A stretch of 64,000 bases of DNA, taken from the NCBI GenBank assembly GCA_977017645.1, contig OZ360224.1:80538001-80602000 (forward strand), read 5' to 3'. Under the pieces are notes generated by a model. The model ran no database searches. It saw only the letters and a program-made list of their open reading frames with translations, and had not been told where the DNA came from. Below, in pieces: positions 11,516-23,557 of this stretch. How positions within the stretch are numbered: position 1 is the stretch's first letter; each line of letters starts with the position of its first letter. The position numbers and the translations under genes were made by a program. The stretch is from Torpedo marmorata (lineage: Eukaryota).

Positions 11516-14500
11516 AGGTTTGTTTTGAAATGCGTTTACAAAAGCCTGAAGGCAGCACATATTGAATACAAACGAAGACACAAAGAGACGTATCTATCTG
11601 CCCACTCTGACTTTGAGCATTGCAACAGTCATTAATTGTATTTTTTTTAAAAGCCTCTGGTTTAAAGTTAATTGGCTCACGATTTTTCCTCCAAAAAGGT
11701 TTTAGCCACCTGACTGAAAGTTGTTTCCACTGGTGATCAAATAGATTATTTAGCGATTTGAAACATGTGACTTGCGCAGTGGCAAAGCTCATTGATGTTG
11801 CATTCTCTTGGGTATGCTGATTAATCATGAGTTTGGTGTGGATTTCTCACACCATTTATGGACCTTCTATGGAAGGAAACCTGGTCTTTCGTCAATTGAT
11901 AGAAATATGGTAGTATTCCGTTTAATATACAAGGTTACGAGGAATGAACATTTGATTTTCTTGTACACTTGATGTATTCTAGATACAGCATTTTTGTCAG
12001 TTTATATTCTGATGATAGGTAGAGAAAAAGCAAACACTCACTCAAAGATCACAATTATCACCATGGCCTTTCTTATCAATCTTAAAAAGTTGACAACAAT
12101 ATTAATAATACATTAGCAAAAGTTCTTAAAACATGGATGTTGAGTTCACGTGGACAACAATTATATTTTTTTTGACATGGTTCTCATTGAGTTTGCTGAA
12201 GAGATATACCCCTTAAACAGCCATATGATTTGGACCATATCTGGTATTAAACTGAACAATGCAGAAAAAGAAGAAATGGAAATCATGTTTTGATCATTAG
12301 ATTGACACCAGTGCAAAATCTCATAAAATTAAGATCGCAAATGTCGTTGTCATGATTATATGTTTTAACTAATATTTGCCTTCCTTAAACTCCCATTAGT
12401 TTGTCAAGGGAATATGAAGAATTTTTTAGAGAAACCAATGATGGTACTAGGGAGCTAATATGACCAGAAAGGACACAGTTTTGCTCTTTGAGGCAATTGA
12501 CAGTGAAAATGGGTGGGCTGAAAGGATTGGTTAAACTGACAGGACTAATATAACTCAAGCCTCTGGTTCAAGTAAATTATGTAGAGTGCTCTTCATATGC
12601 AGGTCTAGTAGCACACACAATATGAATTTGCAGTAGAAAGGACAGATTTAAAGTGATGATACCATTTTTATTGCCTGTAATTCCAGCTGAGATCCTTAGT
12701 GCTTAACATTTCCTTTATTTTACATCATGAAAATGGAAGACTGACTTGCGATATCGCCGGACATAAGTTCACGGGCTAAATTTTTTATGTGGGATGGTTT
12801 GAAATGCTTCACCACTTAAAAAGGCAAGTTTGTGTGTGCTGGCTTTTCAGAATGTTGTGGATGGCAAAGGAACCTATGGAGAGAGAAAAGTAAAAGGTGG
12901 GGTGGATTAGACATATTCTCCCATATATAATTAAATGCCATTATGAATAGAATGCAGTGTTCCAACAAGTGCTTGGTAAAGAATGTTCTTCATTGAAATA
13001 GTTTGCAATTCTATTTACATGGGAATGTAAAACCTGAAGGTAGGCATCAGAATCATAAATTCAGTAGTTCCTTGAAAATAAAGCTAAGAAAGTTAAAATT
13101 AAGGTGTGTCTTAATTAGAAGCAAGTATAAGTAATCAAGCAATGGGTGAAAAGGAGTTTGACTGAATTAGGATACAGGCAGCAAGGTTACTTTAAGCCTG
13201 AATAGAGGAGCAAATAATTCAGTCCTTCATGGGACATGTGCATCACAGCCAAGGCCATCATTAATTGCTCTTAATTGTCACCTGCCTTGTTGATTACTTC
13301 AGTGGAGAATTAAGAGCCAATCACATTGTTGGTTCTGGAAGCTATGTATAAACCAAGGGAGGAAAGCAAATTTTATTTCCTGAAAAACATTGGTGACATG
13401 GGTTTCGCTGCGGTCTTATTACAGAATCCAGCTCTTTGAAATTAAATTCTCCGATTCTAACTCAGCATTTCATGCTTGTCCAAAAGCAACCACAATGCTA
13501 CCTTATGGCTTTGGGGACGTGGACAGTATTTCTGTATTTGAGCCAGTGTTAGTTTTTTTTAATATTTATGATCATGAAACCAACAAACTTTCAGACCACT
13601 TCACTAATAAATTAATAAAATAGCCTTAATTGGGCATATTCATATGTAGAAATTTGAATGTTATAAAATGGCCTGAAATGAAGATTAATGTCATCCATTA
13701 AAAATTATCCATTAAAAAGAGAGCATTCAGCTCTCTTGGTTGACTAAGGATAGCAGAGTAATTATTTCATATGACCTGAGTAAAGTACAAACTAAGCTGT
13801 TGAATAAGATAACTGTATTGCTGAGTTCGACCTATTCTTGTGCTAGAAACTAGATGCATACCTTTGCTATACTACAGCAAGTTAATAACATTATGTGTTG
13901 CAGTTTTTGCAAGTACTAATTGCAGTTCATCATTATACAAGAAAATACATAAATCTATAAACCTAAAGTATTACAATGTTATTTGGATTACATTATGAAA
14001 TTTTAAATACATTAGGTTTTCTTAACATGATACAGTCAATGTCAGATAATTGTTTTACTGAATTTGTGTTATACAATGATTTTAAAAGGAATTGAGCATT
14101 CTTTTCAATGTGCTATTATCTGGATGGGTGAAAAGTTTAATTTGTAGTCACAACTTTGCTTTGAGAGAAGTGAACTGTAAATCACCAGTGCTTCGGTCAG
14201 CTTTAGCCTTCAGTCTGCTCAAACATGCAGATATAGCTTAATGGGCTGTCAAACTTCAGAGTTGCAGGATAAAGTTTGAATTTGTAAATAACCTGCTTCG
14301 ATCCCACATTGTGCCTTGTCCTTGATGAAACAAATTATTTTGGAGTTGTTTAAACTTGGAGGTTTTTTTTTTCTGGTGCAGTAGGGATTTTTAACTGGTT
14401 AGTTCACAATATACAGACCAAACATCTGCTGCAGTGTTACACCAGGAAATGATGATTGGGTCAGATGAAGATGTTGAGCATGGTCACTGGCATGGACCAG

Positions 14501-16179
14501 CTGGGTCAAATGGCTTGATTCTGTGCAGTATATTCAATACCCTTTTCTATAATATTAGTAAACCTGGTTGTACAAATCAAATGAAAATGATTTCTGAATT
14601 CTGCAAATACACAATGATTTTTCACTTTTCCATTGCCATTCTTACTTCAAATGAGGTTTGTCTTTTGACTTTGTCCATCCGTCCATCATTTTCCACGTTT
14701 TTTCTCTTCAAATGTCTCCCCATGCTCTGGGCCCCTGGAGCACGGGCTGCTGACCCTTCGTATCCCTACAATTCCAAAGAGATCTGGCAATGTTCAGAGA
14801 TTTTTTTTTAATTGTGTGTTTTTTGACAAAAATGTCCCACTCCGAGAGAACAACTGGTAAGTAGAGCTGCAATATTCCTCCCTGCTAGGAAACATACTGA
14901 TTTCATCAGTGAATGGCTCCATCATCCAGTACTTTTGTTTAATCCTTCTACAGAAAGCTACTGAAGAATATTTGCCACTGTTTTCCTTTGGCCAGATGTT
15001 CCAACTTTGGAAGGGGTTCTTTGTCTTGTAGCTTTAAGTCATCATTCAAGTGACCTTCGACTACCTCAGTCCTTGCAAATTTCCCATACTGCGAAGGATT
15101 GAGAATCGCTCAAAAACCTTTCAATGTACAAACTGTGAAGGCAATATTACAGGGATTACAACTATATAATTAACCCCTTGGACTCTGGCCATTTTTAACC
15201 TTTCATAATATATTCTCTGGACTGGGTCCATGGGTAAACTACAGTACGAACACCAGTATGAACCAGTTGGTGGTTGGGTATAAAACCAGTCCCGGAAAAT
15301 GGAGCATATGCGCTTGTTGGTAATCCCTGGAAACAGGGACACAGAGTCCAAAGGGTTAAGAACGATTGCTGGCTAAGGTTAAGCTTCCATTTTTAAGGTA
15401 GAATCTCACTGACATGTACAAGTTTACAGTTTTGATGCCCTGTGAAAGCATGACTGGGAGGGATGCATTGTATTTTCGTGAGGGTGTTTGAAGGATGTAG
15501 GGTTTGTAGGGCCATATATTTTAAGTTTAGCAGAAATCATAGACTTGCATCTTGGAGGCCTTCAATCCATCATGCCCTTCCAGTGCCTTGATTGAGCCAT
15601 CCAATTATTTGCTGCTCTCTCTCCCAAAACCCTATATATTATTTTTCTTTGCAAGGATACATTCAATTGCCTTTAAACAGTTAACTTTAAAACTTCTTCC
15701 ACATCTATGCAGGCAGTATATTCCAGATCATAACTTGCCGTCAAGTTCCTTGTTGTCTATTTCTCTGCTGGTAAAAGTAATTTTTCCTTATCCACTCTCA
15801 AATTTCATTATTTTGACCTCCTTCAACAAAACACCTTGACTTCTCCATGAAAATTAATTGAGATTAGTTCATTCTCTTCCCAACCGTCACCTCTCATCCC
15901 TGAGACTATCTAGAAAATCTCCCGTGCATCATCTCTGAATGAGTGGAAAGTTTACAGATTCACTGCCTACAGTAGAAAGCAGTCAAAGATTGGAGAGAGA
16001 GAGAGAGTTGTTTTTCCTGCTTGTGTATTCATGGCTTTTAGAAATGTTAAAAAAAAAAGTCACTCAAAAACTACTTTTGAGCATGGCAACTTGATCCAAT
16101 CCCAACAGCCCCATGCAATCAACTAATACTGTAATAATCGGCGCCAACCACTTTAACAGGACTTCTTTCCTCATGTTGT

Positions 16180-16345
16180 TAAACAAGGACATCTGTAAAT
16201 GCTGTTGAGTGCAATATAAAAACATGCTGGAGAAACTCAGCAGGTCATGTAACATCCATAGAAAGTAAAGGGCAACCAACGTTTCAGGCCTGGGCCCTTT
16301 GTCAGGTATATGTGTGACCTGCTGAGTTTCTACAGCACATTTAAT
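16180..16345 (-). mobile_element. PLE pLTR derivative with short fold-back arm
   Basis: ATGCTGGAGAAACTCAGCAGGTCA...AACGTTTCAGGCCTGGGCCCTTTGTCAGG followed by inverted TGACCTGCTGAGTTTCTACAGCA. Confidence 0.75.
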
Positions 16346-16587
16346 TTTTTAATTTAGCCATACAGCACGGTAACAGGCCCTTTCGGCCCTCGAGCCCGTG
16401 CTGCCCAATTACACCCAATTGACCTACAACCCCGGTACGTTTTGAAGGATGGGAGGAAACCGGCGCACCCGGAGGAAACCCACAAAGACACGGGGAGAAC
16501 GTACAAACTCCTTGCAGACAGTGCCGGATTCGAGCCCCGGTCGCTGGCGTTGTAACAGTATTCCATTAACCGCTACGCTAACAGTGT
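16346..16587 (-). mobile_element. tRNA-derived SINE (HE1/V-SINE-like)
   Basis: Reverse complement of the family seen at 47581. Confidence 0.85.
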
Positions 16588-16844
16588 ATTGCATTTTTCC
16601 CTCATATTTCCATTCAGTACTGAGAATACTAAAAGGAGTGTTTCCCCTCACAGACAACATATTTGAAGGAGAAAGGAGTGCAGGGCAAATGAGTGAGGTT
16701 AATTGGATATCCCCAAGACAGCAGATTGGAGCTAAATGGCAGCTTCCTGTGCTCTCTAATTGTCAAGGCAAGAATTGAATTGCGGTTGTGTAACTGCTTT
16801 CTTTTATGATCCCTAATCAAAGTTTTTACAAATTTACTACCGTC

Positions 16845-17075
16845 TTTACAGCGCCAGCGATCGGGTCCAGACCGGGGTTCGAGTCCTGCGCTGTCTGTAA
16901 GGAGTTTGTACGTTCTGCCCGTGTCTGCGTGGGTTTTCTCCAGGAGCTCCAGTTTCCTCCCACCATTCAAAACGTACCGGGGGTGTAGGTTAATGGGGTG
17001 TAAATTGGGCGGCACGGACTTGTGGGCCAAAATGGCCTGTTACTGTGCTGTATGTCTAATTTTTTTTTTAAATTA
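16845..17075 (+). mobile_element. tRNA-derived SINE, 5'-truncated
   Basis: TTTACAGCGCCAGCGATCGGG...GGGGTTCGAGTCC (B box), shared core and tail. Confidence 0.85.
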
Positions 17076-18722
17076 GAGTTGCATGGAGAGTTCACATAAA
17101 AAATGGCTTGAGTTTCCATTCCTCAACATCGCCTTAACTTCCTATCCCTGCACTTCTCCCCTATCATAGCCACCACAAGCCTAGCATCTGACTCCACTGC
17201 ATACTATTACAGTAAGTTGCAGGTTTGATGTCCTTTGTAGTTGTATGTGAAATATTATCTACAGTTGCTGCCTTTCAATTTCCACTGACTAAATGTGATT
17301 TTTCTAACTTGTTAACTAGTATTTCACTGTTTATCGAGTAGCTTTATTGCTGAGTCCAGTTCAATTCAACACCCTGCTAAGATTGCATATGAACCTACCA
17401 AAGAATCCCTACAGCATGGAATTGGGTGTTTTGTTTCAACTGCTGGTCCATATGAGCTTCTCAAGTCGTCAAGTCAAGTCACCTTTATTTGTCGTTCATT
17501 ACCATATACACAGTAAGATGAGGTAGCGTTTCTCCAGGACCATGGGCAGATGTACATAAATATCATAATACAATTAAAAAAAACTATAACATGCTAATAC
17601 ACATATATATCAAGAAATTGAGGAGCCTGATGGCTTGGGGGGAAAAACTGTTGCACAATCTGGACGTACGATCCCGAGTGCTTCGGTACCTCCTTCTAGA
17701 TGGCAAAAGGGAAAAAAGTTTACCAAAGGGGTGTGAGAAGTCCTTCACAATGTTATCAGCCTTCCTCCTGCATCGTGTGTTGTAATGTCCGTCATGGTGG
17801 GAAGAGAGACACCAATAATTTTCTCCACTGACCCCACTATCCTCTGCAGGGTCTTTCGGTCCCAAACCAAGCGATGATGCAATTTCTCAGAATACTCTCA
17901 ATACATCCCCTGTAGAATGTAGTAAGGATAGAGGGTGGAAGATGAACTTTCCTCAGCCTTCACAGGAAGTAAAGACACGGCTGGGCTTTCTTGACTATAG
18001 AACTGGTGTTGAGGGACCAGGTGAGACTCTCCGCCAAGTGCACTCCAAGAAACTTGGTACTCTTTACGACCTCAACGGTAGAGCCGTCCATGGTCAATGG
18101 AGAATGATCCCCCCGGGCCCTTCTGAAGTTGACAACCAACTCTTTCGTTTTATTTACATTCAGATGCAGGTTGTTGGCTCCGCACCATTCCATTAGCGAC
18201 TGCACCTCATCTCTGTATGCTGACTCATCATTCTTGCTGATAAAGGCCCACCACGGTCGTATCATCAGCAAACTTGATGATGTGATTCGAGCTGTGTTTT
18301 GCTGCACAGTCATGAGTCAGCAGAGTGAACAGCAATGGACTAAGCACACAGCCCTGGGGAGCCCCCGTGCTCAATGTAATTACCTTAGAAGTGCTGTTTC
18401 CAATCCGGACTGCCTGAGGTCTTCCCGTCAGGAAGTCTAGGATCCAATTACAGAGGGTGTTGTTTAGGCCCAGCCCGCTCAACTTCCCTATCAGGTACTG
18501 AGGTATGATCATGTTGAATGCCGAGCTGAAGTCAATAAACAGCATTCGAACATACGCGTCCTTATTTTCCAGGTGGGTGAGGGCTAGGTGGAGGGTGGTA
18601 ATGATGGCATCATCCGTAGAGTGGTTTGATCTATATGCGAACTGCAGGGGGTCCAGTGAGGGGGGGCAGCAGAAGCCTGATGTGCCCCATGATGAGCCTC
18701 TCGAAGCACTTCATGACAGTAG

Positions 18723-19333
18723 CACTTCACTTGTACATCCAGAGGACTTATTTACTGCATCCGGTGCTCCCTTTGTGGCTTTCTATACATTGGAGAGACC
18801 GGTCGTAGATTGGGAGATCGCTTCGCTCAGCACCTCCGCTCGGTTCGCAACAACAGCGACCTCCCAGTGGCCAACCATTTCAATTCTGGGTCACACTCCC
18901 ACACTCACATGTCTGTCCATGGCCTCATGTACTATCCCACCCAGACTACCCGCAAACTGGAGGAACAACATCTCATATTCCGTCTCGGCACTCTCCAGCC
19001 AGATGGAATTAACATTGACTTTTCTGCTTTCCACTAAACCTGCTTGTTGTTCCCTTCCCCTCCCCCCTCACCTGTCCTTCCTGTGTTTCTCCAGCTACCC
19101 AGCCATCCCTCCTCCCCCTCTTTGCTACTGTCCCCTCCCTCCTTTCTCCACCTATTATCTCCTGCCTTTCCCACCCCCCTTCCCCCCTCACTCCTTTGTT
19201 CGGACGTCTGCCGGCATTTTCTCATACTTTGAAGAAGGGCTCAAGCCTGAAACGTCGGTTATGTATTTCTACCTTTGCTACATAAAAGACACTGTTTGAC
19301 CTGCTGAGTTCTCCAGCTTTTGTGTTTTTTACT
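18723..19333 (+). mobile_element. 5'-truncated Penelope-like insertion (GIY-YIG end + pLTR)
   Basis: Near-identical to 45938-46543; flanked by TCATGACAGTAG (18711-18722, 19333-19344). Confidence 0.92.
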
Positions 19334-19578
19334 CATGACAGTAGATGTGAGTGCGACAGGGCGGTAGTCATTGAGGCAGGACACTGTCGACTTCTTCGGC
19401 ACGGGGATGATAGTAGCGGATTTGAAGCACGTTGGAACCACGGCACTGCTCAGGGAGATGTTAAAGATGTCGGTAAGAACATCAGCCAGCTGGGCCGCAC
19501 ATCCCCTGAGCACTCTGCCGGGAATGTTATCTGGACCAGCAGCTTTCCGTGAGTTAACCTTACTTAACACTCTCCTCA

Positions 19579-19751
19579 CATTTTCTCATACTTTGAAGAA
19601 GGGCTCAAGCCTGAAACGTCGGTTATGTATTTCTACCTTTGCTACATAAAAGACACTGTTTGACCTGCTGAGTTCTCCAGCTTTTGTGTTTTTTACTCAT
19701 GACAGTAGATGTGAGTGCGACAGGGCGGTAGTCATTGAGGCAGGACACTGT
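19579..19751 (+). repeat. 173-bp local duplication of 19215-19387 (pLTR end + LINE flank)
   Basis: Direct copy at offset 364, sharing private variants (GAGTTCTCCAGCTTTTGTG). Confidence 0.9.
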
Positions 19752-22519
19752 GAAACACAGCACCTGATCATTTGGAGGAGGGGTTGTCTTCTTTGCCGCT
19801 ACATCATTTTTCGCCTTAAAACGCGCGTAGAAGTTGTTCAGTGCATCTGGGAGGGAGGCATCACCAGCACAGTGTAGTCTTGTGGTTGGTGATATCTTGA
19901 ATGCCCTTCCACATGCGTCACATGCCCTTGCTGTCCCGAAAGTGACTCTGAATTCGCTGGGCATGTGCACGCTTTGCCTCCCTGATGGCCTTAGACAGCT
20001 TGGCTCTCGCAATAGCTAGGGTTACCTTGTCGCCCGCACTGAAGGCAGAGTTTCGGCTCCTCAGCAGCACACGCACCTCTGCAGTCATCCATGGCTTCTG
20101 ATTAGAGTGAGTAATGATGGTCTTGGGCACAGTGACTTCGTCAGTACACTTACTAATGTCACTGATGCCGTATACTCCTCCAGATTGATGCAGTCGCCAT
20201 CGGTTGCTGCTTCCCTGAACATGTGCCAATCAATACGCTCAAAGCAGTCCTGAAGTGCATGGATGGCACCTGCTGGCCAGGTTTTAACCTGCTTCTGAAC
20301 TGGTCTGGAGCATCTGGCGAGCGGTCTGTATGCTGGGGTTAGCATTACAGAGATATCCGAGGTGGGGGCGGGGCTCCGCCCGATACGCGTCGAAATGTTC
20401 GTAAACACAAGGTCCAACGTGTTCGCCCCTCTCGTAGCAAAGTCCACATACTGATGGAATTTAGGTAGCCCTGACTTGAGGTTCGCCTGGTTGAAGTCCC
20501 CAGCGATAATCAGCAGTCCATCAGGGTGTGTGGTCTGCAGTTCGCCTATAGCCCCACACAGTTCCCAGATCGCCTCCTTGGCATTAGCGCTGGAGGGGAT
20601 GTACACTCCAACTATGAGGACAGTGGTAAATTCCCGTGGTAGGTAAAATGGTCTACATCTGACAGTCACAAATTCCACCAGTGCTGAGCAGTGACTGGAG
20701 ACTAGTACAGAGTCCTTACACCATTCTGTGTTGATGTAAACACACAAGCCACTGCCACGGACTTTTCCACAGAGAGCAACATCTCTGTCAGCCCGAAATA
20801 AAGCGAGTCCATCCAGCTGAATGGCGGCGTCCGGGACCCTGTCGCTGAGCCACGGTTCAACAAAGACCAAACCACAGCAGTCCCTGTACTCACGCTGCGC
20901 AGACCTCTGGAGTTGGATGTGGTCCATTTTATTCTCCAGGGAACAGACGTTGGCGAGCAGGATGGATGGGAGAGTCGGGCGGCAGGGGTTCGCTCTCAGT
21001 CTAGCGCGCACCCCCGCTCGCTTCCCATGCTTCCTCCACCTCGCACACCGCTTTCGTCTTCTCCGCGATCCCGAGGCTTTAAAGTCTAATCCCCGCAGCA
21101 GCCCGTGGTCGCGTAGCTTGACCCGCAGATCTTCCCGGAGGTAAGTAGAGGAGTTTCTGAGTATTTTTAAAGACTAAAGACTGAAGAGTATGGTCTCCGA
21201 TCATACTCTGTTCCACATCACCCTTCCATCTTTCTATTCCTTGTACCCTTGCATATTTATGTAGCCTGATCATTAATGCATCTAAGCTCTTCACCTCAAG
21301 TACTCCATGAAATTGTAGGCTGCACCTTATAACTGTTCCCTGGGTAATGAGAGTTCCCCTGCATTCCAATTAAATTTACTAGTGATTATTAATATTTATA
21401 TCCCTTGGTATTTGATTTCCCCAAACATAGAAATATCTTCGCTATGCTTGTCAAACACCTTTAAAAAGAGAACTTGCACAAAGTTTTTTCTTTTCAGTCT
21501 GAATTCAGCCTCCAAACTTTTTTCCTCCTTCTTTAGTGTCTCTATACCTTTTTGTAATGTGAAGACCAGAGCTGTACATTGTGAATTAGGTGCTGTGGAG
21601 TCCACCACATCTAGACTACTCAACAGGTCATAAGCAATGGAACAAGACTGCACAGTATTCCACAGAAATAGTTGCTCCAAACACTCAATTTATTTCCAGC
21701 TGTTTGAGGAGTTTTGGCATTTCCAACGGTACAGTAGAATAAATCAACCGATCTGGAAGAAAATACATGACCAGCTGTCTGTCAAATCTGCATTGCAAAC
21801 AACAGAACCAAAGTGCGGTAACATTTGTGGTACTTATATTTTCTTCACAAATAATTCGTTTGAATGACTGCTCACAGTGAAAATCTTAAACAGATGTTTA
21901 AAATGGATTTCACTTCCTTCTTCATCGTAGTCTTAAAAAAAACTTAAATATTCTTATTTCTCTGCTTTAGTGAATGTATTCATTTGTCATACATTACTTG
22001 TCCTAACATTACTTTCCATTCCAAATAACACCTTGGCATTTTGGATAACACATTCTAGGAATGGTATTCAATATCTTTCCTAGAATGTGATACCCAAAAT
22101 TGCATACTGTGCAATTGTTCTGTACAAAATTACCTTTGTTTACTATTATTCTGAATACACATTATAAACCTAAAATGATGATTTTTTTTGTAAGATATGT
22201 CTACATATTTGAACATCTTTCAGTTTCTATCATTCTTTGCTTTTCCTCACAAGCTAACATATCCCTGCCCTACCCAAACACAATTCTATCTGTTGCCCTT
22301 TCACTTCTGAGTCTGCCTTCCTCGATTCCTGTACTATCCTCTTTAATGTTAACCTGGACCCCAAAAGCCCTCATGTTTTTATATTGTGTCCCAGACTTCT
22401 TCCACATCATCTCTTTCTGCCCATTTCCGAATGCTAACAATTACCTAAAAATAAATGCACCTGATGAGTTAACATCTTATTGGCGTGACAATTTATTGGC
22501 TAAACTGTGCACAAATTGA

Positions 22520-22635
22520 TGTCAGTCTCGATAAAAGGTCCCGACCAAAAACCTCGACTGACCATTTCTACCTATGGGTGCCGCCTGACCTGCTAGGTTG
22601 CTCAAGATTTCAGCATCTGAAAGTTTTGTGTTCTG
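22520..22635 (+). mobile_element. Old PLE pLTR-derived repeat
   Basis: CTCGATAAAAGGTCCCGACCAAAAACCTC...GCCTGACCTGCTAGG. Confidence 0.6.
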
Positions 22636-23318
22636 ATGATGTCAGTTTAGTTTCCAGAAATTCCATACCGGATAGTGAAGTCTTTACATGTTGCTGTGTA
22701 CTAGCAAGAAGTGTGTACCTTGACCTAGGTGTGTCACTCTCTCTCAATCAGAAGGCCATTCAACAGGTCTACTACGTGCTGCACTGAAGGAAGTTACCAC
22801 ACTCCTGCACATCTTTATGGTTTTGAAGTAGTTTAACCTGCCAGTTTAATCCTTGTTGAATCTTTCAGCATTTAATTGCTCTCCTGGGCAGTGGCAAATT
22901 AGTTTGAATTATAATCATGCCAATCTCTGTTTTCCTTGTGACAGATTTAATGAAATGATTTGGTGATTTTTTTTTATTAGTTCTTATTTGACAAGTAATT
23001 TTGTAAAATCAGCAATTAGTGAGCACTGTCCAAATGGGTGGGTGTTATTACCAATTTAATTTTTCAAGAGAACTTGAATTTGTATAACATCTTTCACCAT
23101 ATCAGAATAATTGTATCAATTCACAGCAATGAATGAATTCATCAGGAACCCAAAACACTAACAAAGAGCAATGATTAATTTTGGTGCTTTTGTTTGAAGG
23201 GTAAAAATGTTGGCTTGGTCACCCATATTGCTATCCTTTTGTTTTGAATATTCTGATATTGTATGTGCGCCTGATGTACCTTAAGAAACAGAGAGACCCA
23301 GGTTTCCATGTGTATAGT

Positions 23319-23557
23319 AAAAACACAAAAATGCTAGAGGAACTCAGCAGGTCTCGCAGCTTCCATAGGAGGTAAAGATATATGACCAACGTTTCGGGCC
23401 TGAGCCTTCCTCATTCACACACCTTGAGGAAGGGCTCAGGCCCGAAACGTCGGTCATATATCGTTACCTCCTACAGACGGTGCAGGATCTGTTGAATTCC
23501 TCCAGTATTTCTGTGTTTTTACTGCAATCACAGCGTCTGCAGACTTCTGTGTTTCAC
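23319..23557. mobile_element. Non-autonomous PLE fold-back element (two inverted pLTR arms)
   Basis: Arms about 23319-23413 and 23425-23520 are reverse complements; TSD TCCATGT(G/T)TATAGT at 23305-23318 and 23558-23571. Confidence 0.9.
23421..23454 (+). ncRNA. Minimal hammerhead-like ribozyme motif (PLE type)
   Basis: ACC-TTGAGGA-A-GGGC TCAG GCCC-GAAA-CGTC-GGT: variant core, stem II, palindromic ACGU stem III, GUC cleavage triplet, 3-bp stem I. Confidence 0.6.

Larger units (their letters stand above)
17460..21170 (-). mobile_element. Rex1/Babar-type LINE (APE + RT), frameshifted, interrupted by PLE
   Basis: Fragments LPSILLANVCSLENK, EPWL, AGDFNQANL (APE); [49 protein letters not shown] (RT); 3' tail AATAAAGGT(GACTT)n on the minus strand. 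Confidence 0.9.

Noticed and set aside
18505-19299. 264-aa plus-strand ORF as a novel gene
   Set aside because: Chance fusion of antisense Rex1 and off-frame PLE sequence
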